A DNA stretch of 64,000 nt, taken from positions 23,601-87,600 of IMG/VR virus record IMGVR_UViG_3300009168_000041; one strand, 5' to 3'. The translations under genes were made by a program, and so were the position numbers. Positions 39,499 to 48,738 of this stretch are shown here, in pieces (the stretch's first letter is position 1; each line of letters begins with the position of its first letter). Source of the stretch: a virus. The notes beneath the pieces were generated by a model, which saw only the letters and a list, made by a program, of their open reading frames with translations, was not told the origin of the DNA and searched no databases.

Positions 39499-39774
39499 GT
39501 GAAAGGAAAACATAGACGCACCCTCACCAGGGATGACTGGATCGCCCTGGCCAATAAGGTCCGCGCAGCGACGGCCATCCTTGCCCAGATCGAACTGGAT
39601 CTGTCATCCACACTGACTGTGGCCAGCATGAAACCGTTCTACAAAGCGTTTGGCCGCGTACAGTCTCTCCGAACCCGACTCGACGCCCTGGTCGTCGTTC
39701 AGCATCGTGATTGGCCGGAAGCAAGCCGGCTGTTTTATGGGCCGGAGTGGACCTACAACGCACACTGGGGGTAA
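39499..39774 (+). CDS. Hypothetical protein
   Basis: GGAG RBS; helical ORF. Confidence 0.5.
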   Translation: MKGKHRRTLTRDDWIALANKVRAATAILAQIELDLSSTLTVASMKPFYKAFGRVQSLRTRLDALVVVQHRDWPEASRLFYGPEWTYNAHWG

Positions 39775-39834
39775 CGCTGCAAAACCCACCTCACGTTCCC
39801 GCGGACAAAACCACAATGATGGTAGGTAACGGAT

Positions 39835-40038
39835 ATGACGCCCAAACAATACGATGCCATCCACGACCTCGCGTGTATCATGGTTCGCGAATCATCGACA
39901 CTCTCTACTGCCATGCGAGAAGGCGTCAAGACGTTGGTGGGAGTCGTGTTGGAATTAAGCAAACAGTGCGATAAGCTGAGTGAGAGAGTGGTGACATTGG
40001 AAGAGAAAGTATCACGCCACGATTGGGATGACGATTGA
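39835..40038 (+). CDS. Small coiled-coil protein
   Basis: ORF coupled to the next gene. Confidence 0.45.
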   Translation: MTPKQYDAIHDLACIMVRESSTLSTAMREGVKTLVGVVLELSKQCDKLSERVVTLEEKVSRHDWDDD

Positions 40039-40757
40039 TGCTGCTGCCTGACATCGAAATCGTGCCTCACGTTTGGGGCTACTCCCGCTGCCTGTGCCTG
40101 CAATTGTCTTCGCTTGTTTGCTTCCCGCCGACGTGCCGCGTGCTCTATCGCCCGTGCGTCACGGCCGAAGACGCGGCCACGATCGCCACCCTTGAGTTCT
40201 TCGGCGACAAGCTCCCGCCGACGGTCGCGATGCAACCGATTCTCATGGAACGTCGCCGGCTTATGCGGCGGTGCATCGGCCGCAACGACGCCTTTTTTTC
40301 GAGCACTGCCCCCGTACTGTGGGCCGCCGACTGCGACTATCTGATAGGGCCTGGGGATCTGGAGACGATTCTGAACGCCCTCCCGGCAGGCGTGAAGCTG
40401 GCCCATCCGCGGAAAGTCCACGCCACATCGCACCCCGTGGGAATGGCAATGATTGAATCGGTTACCAGGCCGCGGGTTGTGGATATCGACTTGTCGCAAT
40501 TCACGGAAGTCAAGCGGGTTGGTAACGCCATTGGCGGGCTGCAATTCGTCAGCGGCGAGTACGCGAGGCAGGCGGGGTATTGCCGCGATGAGTTAGGCAG
40601 CCGGCGCATGGGGCCGGCGGACAGGTGGCAGGCGACGCGCTGTGATAGAAAATTTCGGTTGAAGACGGGGGAAGACCATTTGATGAAGTTGACCGTGCTA
40701 TATCGCGTGCGGCATTCAGTGCGAAGCGAAGGGGCGAAAGAGGATGTGAGGCTGTGA
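40035..40757 (+). CDS. GT2-like glycosyltransferase
   Basis: IGRNDA, LWAADCDY, GGLQFV, D..FR, RVRH. Confidence 0.65.
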   Translation: MMLLPDIEIVPHVWGYSRCLCLQLSSLVCFPPTCRVLYRPCVTAEDAATIATLEFFGDKLPPTVAMQPILMERRRLMRRCIGRNDAFFSSTAPVLWAADCDYLIGPGDLETILNALPAGVKLAHPRKVHATSHPVGMAMIESVTRPRVVDIDLSQFTEVKRVGNAIGGLQFVSGEYARQAGYCRDELGSRRMGPADRWQATRCDRKFRLKTGEDHLMKLTVLYRVRHSVRSEGAKEDVRL

Positions 40758-40806
40758 GCACCGGGGCGAACGATTGGCGAAACTGCCTTAACTGTCGATT
40801 GACAAA

Positions 40807-41121
40807 ATGCGATACAAGAAGAAGATAAAACTAGAAAGATGTCCAAATTGCGGCCGTCAGGATGAAGACGAAGACGATGCAATCAAGTGCTGCTATTGCG
40901 ACAAAGAAGGTTGTATCATGTGTTTCGATCCCATATATGAGGATGGTGCATTCGCGTGCAGGAAGTGCGCAGTGGATCCTGCCATAGTAGGTAACGATGA
41001 GGCATCTGACGCTCAGAAACTATTCGCCTTTTGGGCCAAGAAAGCGGGAGTGTCAGTTGACGAATGGGTAAAACATCCGAGTGATTATTACACTTACGAT
41101 GACGATGACAAGAGGGAGTGA
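40807..41121 (+). CDS. Cys-rich zinc-finger protein
   Basis: Four CxxC pairs; AT-richer than flanks. Confidence 0.55.
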   Translation: MRYKKKIKLERCPNCGRQDEDEDDAIKCCYCDKEGCIMCFDPIYEDGAFACRKCAVDPAIVGNDEASDAQKLFAFWAKKAGVSVDEWVKHPSDYYTYDDDDKRE

Positions 41122-41132
41122 TACAAGCGATT

Positions 41133-41876
41133 ATGAGCCTAAAAGTAGAATGCAATGTCACCCTTTCCTGTTCGATTCGGTGCCCCGGTTGCGATCGTCT
41201 TGTCGGCATCTACCCCACCCCCGACGAAATGACGCTCGACCAGGTTGCCGCGTTTCTCGACCAGGCGAAAGCGGCCGGCGGAATCGGGCGGGTGAAATTG
41301 TTGGGAGGCTGCCCGCTGAAGCACTCTGACTTCCCCGGCGTCTACTCTCTCTTTCTGGCGGCGGTCGAGGTGGGCACCGTCGAGTTGGTGAAAATTGAAA
41401 CGAGCGGGGCGATTCCCGTTCCCTCTGGTCTGACGCCGCACCCGCGAATTCGGTTCGGCGGGCGGCGGCCGAAGAAGAAGGTACACCTCCCTTATCTCTG
41501 GAGCCCGAGCGATCTGGGGCTGGCCATTCACGCCCCGTGCTCGCACCCGTGGCGGTGTGGCTTCTCGATCGACGCTCGCGGTTGGCTGCCGTGCTCGCCA
41601 GCGATAATGGTTGACCGGCTATTCTACGGCGGCTCGCACTACCGGGAGAGATTGCCAGCAGACGGGCGGGTGTGGGGCATCGACGCCCTTTGTAAACACT
41701 GCGCGTACGCCGCGGCTCCCGAGTGGCGGGCCGCTCACGCCACACCCATCGCCCAGTTCACTCGTGAGATGCGAATGCCAACCCGCTCCTGGGCTGAGGC
41801 GTTACGGCGGGCGGGCGTCGTTGCGGCCGATGACACCTACGAACCCGGGCAAAATTGCAGCGCGAGGGTATTGTAA
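41133..41876 (+). CDS. Radical SAM enzyme, paralog B
   Basis: CSIRCPGCDRL, LLGGCP, HLPYLWSPSDLG, PCSHPWRCGFS, GWLPCSPAI. Confidence 0.85.
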   Translation: MSLKVECNVTLSCSIRCPGCDRLVGIYPTPDEMTLDQVAAFLDQAKAAGGIGRVKLLGGCPLKHSDFPGVYSLFLAAVEVGTVELVKIETSGAIPVPSGLTPHPRIRFGGRRPKKKVHLPYLWSPSDLGLAIHAPCSHPWRCGFSIDARGWLPCSPAIMVDRLFYGGSHYRERLPADGRVWGIDALCKHCAYAAAPEWRAAHATPIAQFTREMRMPTRSWAEALRRAGVVAADDTYEPGQNCSARVL

Positions 41877-41907
41877 TCGACCACAGAAGACGTAAAATGC
41901 GAATTCT

Positions 41908-41976
41908 GCCAGGGCCGAAAGCTTCGGGTTATCGCTCATTACGAACCCCCGGGGCCACAACCTTGTCCTGGCTTTT
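41908..41976 (+). ncRNA. Y RNA-like RNA 1 (Ro60-binding bulged helix)
   Basis: 5' GCCAGGGC(C)GAAAG pairs with 3' TTGTCCTGGC, then TTTT; GNCGAANG motif; TTGTAA-N16-TAAAAT upstream; adjacent to Ro60. Confidence 0.72.
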
Positions 41977-41980
41977 ATGC

Positions 41981-42038
41981 CGGGCCGAACGCCCAAGGTT
42001 ACCGTTGTAGGTTTCCTCCTTGGGTGACCATTTGCCCG
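41981..42038 (+). ncRNA. Y RNA-like element 2 in the Ro60 leader
   Basis: CGGGC(C)GAACG / TTTGCCCG bulged stem; inner CGCCCAAGG/CCTTGGGTG helix. Confidence 0.6.
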
Positions 42039-42062
42039 ACTCCTTTTCTGGAGGGCGAAAAC

Positions 42063-43742
42063 ATGGCGGCTGGGTATGCACAGCACTTCTCGACACGGTG
42101 CATGCCTCAATCTGAGGCCATTCCAGGCAGCAAACAGGTCCAGAATTCGGCCGGCGGGTTTTCGTTTGCCGTGGATTGCTGGAAACGGCTGGAGCGATTT
42201 CTTGTACTGGGTAACGCAGGCGGCTCCTACTATGCAACCGAACGGGCGTTGACGCGAGAAAACGCGCCGGCCGTTCTTGTGTGTGCAGCCAAAGACGCGG
42301 CCCGAACGGTTCGTACCATCGTTGACATCAGCCGCTCGGGTAGGGCTCCAAAGAACGATCCGGCCATTTTCGCCTTGGCGATCATGGCTGGACAGGGACA
42401 GAAACTTGTGGGGGTATCGACGGTATGGCTACCCGAGGCTCTTTCCGAGGTCTGCCGCACTGGGACGCACCTGTTTCAATTCATCGAGCAAGTTCAGGCG
42501 TTTCGGGGGTGGGGCCGTGCGCTTCGCAATGCGGTAGCGGCATGGTATTCCCGCAAATCAGCCCGCGATGTGGCATACCAGGTGACGAAGTACCAGCAAC
42601 GGAACGGCTGGAGTCATCGCGACGTGCTGCGAAAAGCCCATGCCAAGCCGCCAACTGACCAGCATCGAATCGCGTTGGGATGGGCCGCCGGCAAGGTCGA
42701 AGGGTTTGCCGACTTCGTGCCGGATGCGCAGGAAGCCGTACAGCCGATCTACGCACTTGAACACGCCAAGGTCGCAGCAACGGTGGCAGAGGTTGTAAAG
42801 TGCATTCGCGAATATCGACTTGTTCGCGAGTGCGTTCCCACGCAATGGCTCAACTCACCAGAAGTCTGGGATGCCTTGCTGGAAGACATGCCGATGACGG
42901 CCATGATTCGCAATCTCGGCAAGATGTCGGCGGTGGGGCTACTCAAGCCGTTGTCGGCAGCGGCAAAGGTGGTTTGCGAGCGGCTATCGGATGTCGAGCG
43001 ACTCAAAAAGGCCCGCGTTCACCCATTCCATGTTTTGCTCGCACTTGATACTTATGGACGAGGCCGCGGCGTAAAAGGCTCGTTGTTGTGGACCACGGTT
43101 CCACAGGTACTCGATGCCTTGAATGAGGCATTCTATCTTGCCTTCTCCGCAGTAGAGCCGACGGGGAAGCGGTGGCTTCTTGGGGTAGACGTATCGGGTT
43201 CGATGGGTGGCAGCTACATTGCGGGTACGGCCGTTTCCTGTCGCACGGCTGCGGCGTGCATGGCGATGGTGGCATTGCGGACGGAACCACAAAGTTACGT
43301 TCACGGATTCTGTGGCGGCGATTTCTCGCATTTGGGAAGACTCTACAGTTCTTACCGCGGAAGCAATCCCGATGTGGTCGATGGTTTTGTGGATCTTGGA
43401 TTATCAAAATCCATGCGGCTAGATGGTGTGTGCCGTAAGTTAGATGGAATCCCGTTTGGCCCAACCGACTGTGCGGTGCCGATGCGATGGGCGCTCAAAA
43501 ACCACATCGAAGTGGATTGCTTTGTGATTCTCACAGACTCGGAAACGTGGTGTGGCCAGATTCACCCAATGCAGGCCCTACGCGAGTACCGCGAGAAGAT
43601 GGGCATTCCGGCGAAACTCGTTACGGCCGCGTTCGTTTCCAATGGATTCACGATTGGGGATCCCGATGACGGCGGCTGCTTGGACGTGGTTGGAATGGAT
43701 GCCAATGTGCCGGCGGTGATTGCCGATTTCGTCCGCGGGTAG
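42063..43742 (+). CDS. rsr: Ro60/Rsr (TROVE + vWA) RNA-binding protein
   Basis: QVQNSAGGFSF, LERFL.LG..GGSYY, GRAPKNDP, KYQQRNGWSHRDVLR, MPMTAMIRNLGKM, VDVSGSM, TDSETW. Confidence 0.95.
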   Translation: MAAGYAQHFSTRCMPQSEAIPGSKQVQNSAGGFSFAVDCWKRLERFLVLGNAGGSYYATERALTRENAPAVLVCAAKDAARTVRTIVDISRSGRAPKNDPAIFALAIMAGQGQKLVGVSTVWLPEALSEVCRTGTHLFQFIEQVQAFRGWGRALRNAVAAWYSRKSARDVAYQVTKYQQRNGWSHRDVLRKAHAKPPTDQHRIALGWAAGKVEGFADFVPDAQEAVQPIYALEHAKVAATVAEVVKCIREYRLVRECVPTQWLNSPEVWDALLEDMPMTAMIRNLGKMSAVGLLKPLSAAAKVVCERLSDVERLKKARVHPFHVLLALDTYGRGRGVKGSLLWTTVPQVLDALNEAFYLAFSAVEPTGKRWLLGVDVSGSMGGSYIAGTAVSCRTAAACMAMVALRTEPQSYVHGFCGGDFSHLGRLYSSYRGSNPDVVDGFVDLGLSKSMRLDGVCRKLDGIPFGPTDCAVPMRWALKNHIEVDCFVILTDSETWCGQIHPMQALREYREKMGIPAKLVTAAFVSNGFTIGDPDDGGCLDVVGMDANVPAVIADFVRG

Positions 43743-43751
43743 TGCGTAGCC

Positions 43752-44648
43752 ATGTGGATTAGACGCATTACGGCCGATAACTTCAAATCCTTGGTCGGTT
43801 TCAAGCTTGATCTGTCAAAGTTCACTTGCCTGGTCGGGCTGAACGGCGCGGGCAAGTCAACCGTGCTCCAGTTCATCGACTTCCTAACCCGACAGGTCCG
43901 CGGCGATATTGGGGGTTGGCTTCGCGCGCGGGGTTGGGATGTGAACGACATCGGGTCGCAACTCACCAAGAAGACGACTGTCGGTTTCTCGGTTTATCTG
44001 GCGGACAATCCTAGCGGTGAGGCCACATGGGAAGGGAACTTTGATCCATCTCAACACTGTTGCACGCAGGAACGGATCGCGATCGGTGGCGACTCTCTCG
44101 ACGTTCGTGACGGAAAGGTGGCGATCCGCTCAACTTCGTCAGGGCAGGCATCCGAGCAGGAAATCGCTTTTACCTATGAAGGCTCCATATTGTCGCAGCT
44201 TCGAGAACAGCCCCTCCCTTCAAAGCTCGTAGAATTCAAGAGATTCTTTCGGGACCTTCATCCGGCGGACGCCTACCACGTGGCAGACGGAGTGCTTCGG
44301 CTAATCGCGATCCTTGCAGAGACACAGACTCAGCATAGCTTCCTGCTCTTCGACGAAATCGAGAACGGCATCAGCCCGGAATTGATGGAGTTCATGCTCG
44401 ACACGCTGGTGAATACTCCCCAACAGGTCTTGATGACGACGCACAGTCCCATGATCCTGAACTACCTGGACGACAATATCGCCCGGGAAAGCGTCGTCTA
44501 CTTGTACAAGACCCGCAAGGGCCACACGCAAGCGATTCGGTTTTTCGACATTCCCTCCGTTGCCGAGAAGCTCACCGTCATGGGGCCGGGCGAGGCGTTC
44601 GCCGATACGGACCTGACTGCCCTGCGCGACGAAATCGAAAACCTTTAG
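43752..44648 (+). CDS. ABC-type AAA ATPase (AAA_21/AAA_15-like), possibly internally shortened
   Basis: NFKS, GLNGAGKST, ADGVLR, LLFDEIENG, TTHSP. Confidence 0.85.
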   Translation: MWIRRITADNFKSLVGFKLDLSKFTCLVGLNGAGKSTVLQFIDFLTRQVRGDIGGWLRARGWDVNDIGSQLTKKTTVGFSVYLADNPSGEATWEGNFDPSQHCCTQERIAIGGDSLDVRDGKVAIRSTSSGQASEQEIAFTYEGSILSQLREQPLPSKLVEFKRFFRDLHPADAYHVADGVLRLIAILAETQTQHSFLLFDEIENGISPELMEFMLDTLVNTPQQVLMTTHSPMILNYLDDNIARESVVYLYKTRKGHTQAIRFFDIPSVAEKLTVMGPGEAFADTDLTALRDEIENL

Positions 44649-44913
44649 GCCAGCCGGGGGCTCTCAGAGGCCACCCAGGGCTTCTTTCGCTCACCGCTTC
44701 TTTTTGCCAATTTCTGTTGGCATAAAACGTGACGGCCACCCGCGGCAATTCACGGCCCTCCACGGCCCTCCGCGGCAATCCTTATCATCCTAGTAGCCTG
44801 TGTCCCGCGATACTAAGTGTCCAGTTGGGACTATACCATATCGGCCTTGACCGCCTAAGGCTATTGGCTATACTAGGTTGTGTCAATTTTCAGAATCCGG
44901 GGGATTCACGCCC

Positions 44914-44942
44914 TTGACTGGACTAGGCCAAACTGGTATACT
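44914..44942 (+). promoter_or_regulatory. Near-consensus sigma70 promoter for the early operon
   Basis: TTGACT-N17-TATACT upstream of the XRE gene. Confidence 0.75.
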
Positions 44943-44960
44943 TGTTGCGAGGAAAGAAAC

Positions 44961-45173
44961 ATGTACGGGACCAAGCAGAAAGCGAAGTGTGACCTGGGGC
45001 AGCGGATCCGCGACGGACGGGCGCTCAAGAATCTCAATCAGCAAGAGTTGGCTGAGAAGCTCGGATTGCAGGCTACCACGGTGGTTCGATGGGAAAACGG
45101 AAGCCGGGTTCCGTCCATGCGGATGATGGCCAAGATCGCCAAGGTGCTGGGAATCACGATCACGATTGGGTAA
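44961..45173 (+). CDS. XRE/Cro-like HTH regulator
   Basis: LGQRIRDGR...LNQQELAEKLG...VVRWENGSRVP. Confidence 0.92.
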   Translation: MYGTKQKAKCDLGQRIRDGRALKNLNQQELAEKLGLQATTVVRWENGSRVPSMRMMAKIAKVLGITITIG

Positions 45174-45177
45174 GTAT

Positions 45178-45477
45178 ATGACAACTACCCGCGACATTCG
45201 CAATGAGGGGCTGCGGACGATGGGGATTGAGCCGCAGGCAACAAAAAGGCAAGCTAAATTGCTCGAAACAACCACCGGATATCTGTCGGTGCGTAGTGCA
45301 GCCGACGACCGGCGATTGTGGCAGGTCGTGCGCAATAACATGCCGATGTCTGTGCAAAGCGACCTTCGCACGGCGTTGGGAATCGCCCGGCGCACCTTTG
45401 GACGAGTCACGCTGTCCGTGTGGGACATGGATGTCGGAGTATTCACTTCCGAGATGATAGCCGATCCCAACTACTAG
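45178..45477 (+). CDS. Hypothetical early protein
   Basis: ORF directly after XRE. Confidence 0.5.
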   Translation: MTTTRDIRNEGLRTMGIEPQATKRQAKLLETTTGYLSVRSAADDRRLWQVVRNNMPMSVQSDLRTALGIARRTFGRVTLSVWDMDVGVFTSEMIADPNY

Positions 45478-45599
45478 CCTCCCCTCCCCGCGGAGCCGTC
45501 CGGCGCCGGAGCCGGCGTGGGGACTCGACCGGGCCACCGGGTAGTCGGGTGGCAGCCGCGTCCCGGGCTATCCACGGGACACCACTGGAGGATAGTATC

Positions 45600-45995
45600 A
45601 TGGCAAAGCGTACCATCACCCTCACAGACCGGGCACCAGTCACCATTGAGGAGGAAAACTGGCCCACAATCGCAAAAAGCGACGACAAGGAGTGGGACAA
45701 TCAGTATGAGTTCCAGGCCAATCGCATCTCGACGTGGAACGTGCGAGTGCGTCGCCACAACGACGGCCGCGCGATCGTCTACGCGACGTACAGCTACAGC
45801 AGCCAATGTCAGGGTGCTCGCAACTACGAGGCCAAGCGTGGCGTGCTACTACCTGCGGGTGCGGACCTAGTAGCCGCAATCCGCGAGGTGTGCGCGGACA
45901 TCGCCGAGGCGGAATGCTGCGAGGGAGACGCCGCACGCTGGCCGACGCTGGCCGCGGAGTGCATCGCCGACCTGCCGGCCGAGCCGCTGGACTAG
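45600..45995 (+). CDS. Hypothetical early protein
   Basis: GGAGG RBS; RTITLTDRAPVTIEEENWP. Confidence 0.7.
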   Translation: MAKRTITLTDRAPVTIEEENWPTIAKSDDKEWDNQYEFQANRISTWNVRVRRHNDGRAIVYATYSYSSQCQGARNYEAKRGVLLPAGADLVAAIREVCADIAEAECCEGDAARWPTLAAECIADLPAEPLD

Positions 45996-46121
45996 CTCGA
46001 TCTTCCCTCCTCCCCGTGCGGGCAGCCGGGGAGGCGATGAGGATCGACAAGCCGAGCCGCGGCGGCCTGTGACCGCGGCAACTCGCCCGCAGAGTGGAGC
46101 GGGAGGCATGGGAGACGAGAC

Positions 46122-46424
46122 GTGAAAACTCACAAGTATCTGGTGTACCGCAAGGGAAGCAACAGCATGAACCAGCCCTGCACGTTCGAGTGGGTGCCGA
46201 TTGCGATCGTCGAAGCGACGAGCCGCGAGAAGGCCGAGGAGACCTCTTGGCATGGAGAGAAGCCCAACGTACACGGTTGCCCGAGTCTGGCCGCCAAGGT
46301 GTTGGTCAGTTCCGGCAACATCGATTTCTGGTCAAACCAGTACGCGAAGGCCGTACCGTTGTCCAAGGCACCTAAGGGCGACATTCGCACCGTGGAAGAG
46401 GCGGCGCTGGAGGGGTGCTACTAA
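46122..46424 (+). CDS. Hypothetical early protein
   Basis: GGAGACGAG RBS. Confidence 0.6.
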   Translation: MKTHKYLVYRKGSNSMNQPCTFEWVPIAIVEATSREKAEETSWHGEKPNVHGCPSLAAKVLVSSGNIDFWSNQYAKAVPLSKAPKGDIRTVEEAALEGCY

Positions 46425-46812
46425 TGAGCCGGCCGCCCAAAACCGCTCACACTCCGTGCGATTGCGTTGACCGCAAATGCCGCGTTCACCCGGGGCGGGA
46501 TGCGTGCGCCAATCCTGGAGTCTGTTTAGCGTACCAAAGGGGATTTCGGGTAGTCGGCAATTCGGTCCCGAACAAATTCTGGATTCGACTCTGCAAAGAG
46601 TGTTTTGCAGAGTTGCCGATCGGCCACATTTGAGACAGGTAGATGATCTCCCTGGCTCGCCGCAAGCCAGGCCCAGGTGGAGAGGAACGGGAACCCCGGC
46701 GGAGCAGGCAACGCAGCAATGCGACCGAGGCCAACCAGGTGCGTCCCTCCCGGCGAGCCAGCCTTTTCTGAACACACACAAGCCCGGCCTGACGGCCGGA
46801 AGGAGACGAGAA

Positions 46813-47049
46813 ATGGCATTGCACCCCGTAAAGTGGCAAATCGAATCGACGGCCCCCGACGGCTATTATGCGTTCGCGTGGGGTGGCGGACTCGACGAGC
46901 CAATCCGAACCAACTGCCACGCGACGAAGCAGGACGCGATTGTCGAGTTGCGCGCAGCGCTCCAAAAAGTCGGGCGATGCCCCGACCCATCTCTGTGCAA
47001 CGAAGGTACAGAGGAGGGGCGTGAGATGTTGTCGCGTTTGACTGGCTGA
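46813..47049 (+). CDS. Hypothetical early protein
   Basis: GGAGACGAG RBS. Confidence 0.55.
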   Translation: MALHPVKWQIESTAPDGYYAFAWGGGLDEPIRTNCHATKQDAIVELRAALQKVGRCPDPSLCNEGTEEGREMLSRLTG

Positions 47050-47147
47050 CATCCTTCGCTCGCGCGGGCGGCTCGTACTAACTCAAAACCATTTCGTGCA
47101 AAATTGGTAATTCTGCCCCGCGGGCGGCTTGAATCAAGGAGCCCAGC

Positions 47148-47309
47148 ATGACAAAGGACGATCGCTTGGAGCTGACGATTGAGTTGGATGAGATCAAAAA
47201 GGACATCATGGAGTGTGATGATGCCGACATCCGGGACGAGGTGATTGCCCTGTGCGGACTGCTCGCCTCGATCATCGGCAACCTGCCGATAAAGGACGAC
47301 GATTCGTAG
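47148..47309 (+). CDS. Small acidic protein
   Basis: AAGGAG RBS; MTKDDRLELTIELDEIKKD... (not in ORF track). Confidence 0.55.
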   Translation: MTKDDRLELTIELDEIKKDIMECDDADIRDEVIALCGLLASIIGNLPIKDDDS

Positions 47310-47416
47310 GCCGAAACGCTACCCCCCTTCGCGCCGCCGGTGGCTACCCGGTCAAGCCCGCGGCGGCCTCGACTCCCGCCCCGGGTCAGGCGCGGAGGGG
47401 ATTTTTGGAGACGAGC

Positions 47417-47611
47417 ATGACTGATGCAGAACGAGAGATGGTAAGATCCACTGCGCTTCGCGATCAGGCGTGGGAGAAGGCGAAAAGATACATGGATGCC
47501 TTGAAGAGGCTCGCAGATACGGGGAGACCCGAATGCTACCGCGATGAGATAGCAGTTCGCATCGCGGCCCACCTCGTCCTGGGGGAAATTGGTATAAGGA
47601 AATACGATTAA
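47417..47611 (+). CDS. Hypothetical early protein
   Basis: GGAGACGAG RBS. Confidence 0.55.
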   Translation: MTDAEREMVRSTALRDQAWEKAKRYMDALKRLADTGRPECYRDEIAVRIAAHLVLGEIGIRKYD

Positions 47612-47623
47612 GGAGACGCGATA

Positions 47624-47794
47624 ATGGCCAAACCAACCGAACAAGACCGCGAAAATACTCAGATCCTCATCGGTCAATGGATGCGAAGCGCGGGCGCAAG
47701 AACACAGATCGTTACGCGGGACATGGATCGGCTGGAGCGGCTCATCGCTCAGTTAATCGCAGATACGCGGCGAGAGGCGTCAGAAGGAAAGTAA
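47624..47794 (+). CDS. Hypothetical early protein
   Basis: AGGAGACGCG RBS; 56 aa. Confidence 0.5.
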   Translation: MAKPTEQDRENTQILIGQWMRSAGARTQIVTRDMDRLERLIAQLIADTRREASEGK

Positions 47795-48112
47795 GCAGCA
47801 CGCTCCGAATAAGACAATTACGGCTGCCGTAATTGACACAAAAGAATTTTGAGAATTCCATTCAGTTATCAAGAAACTGGGGTTGACAGGTTTGCGGAGC
47901 CGACGGTAGATTCACAACACTGACGTTTTCAGCTTTTGGTTGTGCTTCGCAGCGACTTGCAGAGGTTTCATGCGATGCGACGATACTCCTACTCCATTGA
48001 TTCAACAGCACCATCGTCTGCAAGTCGCCCCGGCGGCTGCGCTCTTTCTTTCTTCGGCTTCGGCCGACGCGCCGCCGGGTCGCTTTTTCTAACAAACGAA
48101 CTACGCGGCCCA

Positions 48113-48309
48113 GTTCCCGCGGCCGTAGAAAAATCCTTCGCGACTGCCGGCGAACCAGCATTGCCCTCAAAGGGACGTGGAGGGCGGACGGCCAGAAAAG
48201 GTGCGAGCCCGGAGAAGCGACTGGAACGGAGAGCCCCCCAAGCCGGCGTAGGGCAAATTAGGAAAGCCGGCCCGGCAGTCCAAGGATTTGAATCGGTTCC
48301 CGCGGCCGT
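48113..48309 (+). ncRNA. Putative structured RNA flanked by 14-bp direct repeats
   Basis: GTTCCCGCGGCCGT at 48113 and 48296; closing helices AAATCCTT/AAGGATTT and GACTGCCGG/CCGGCAGTC. Confidence 0.45.
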
Positions 48310-48318
48310 GAGCAAAGG

Positions 48319-48463
48319 GCGGAAGTCGCGGAAGGGCAGCCTGAAACGACTGCCGATGGCAAGTTCAATCGGAGTGGGCAAGCCGAGTCCAAAGGATCGT
48401 GACACGGCCGATCACGGCCCCTGCTCTGCTGAGCGCGAGGGTTCGACTCCCTCCTTCCGCCCA
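48319..48463 (+). ncRNA. tRNA-like RNA A (acceptor stem and T-arm, no canonical anticodon arm)
   Basis: GCGGAAG/CTTCCGC; GAGGG-TTCGACT-CCCTC; followed by CCA. Confidence 0.55.
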
Positions 48464-48573
48464 TCTTTCCAGCCGCGCGGCACACGGGATGCCCGCAAGG
48501 GGAACAAATTCTTCCCGTTCAGTCTCACGGGAGACGGCCGCGCGGCTGCTTCACTTTCACAGGAGAAACGTGC

Positions 48574-48738
48574 ATGGCGAAACTGGGTTCACCCACTGAC
48601 AAGAATACCTGCCCCATTTGCGGCGGTCACAAAGGCGAACATGACAGCATGTGCCGCGAGTGCGAAAAGTACAAGGAAGATATCCAACGAGCGGAACGCC
48701 ATAGACGCCGGCGCGAGTATTTTGGTCAGTATTTGTGA
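48574..48738 (+). CDS. Small zinc-finger protein (54 aa)
   Basis: AGGAGA RBS; CPICG...CREC (not in ORF track). Confidence 0.6.
   Translation: MAKLGSPTDKNTCPICGGHKGEHDSMCRECEKYKEDIQRAERHRRRREYFGQYL

Noticed and set aside
48319-48463. tRNA-Sec or tmRNA identity for tRNA-like RNA A
   Set aside because: No TCA anticodon arm or 8-bp acceptor; no G3-U70 alanine identity and too short for a tag ORF.
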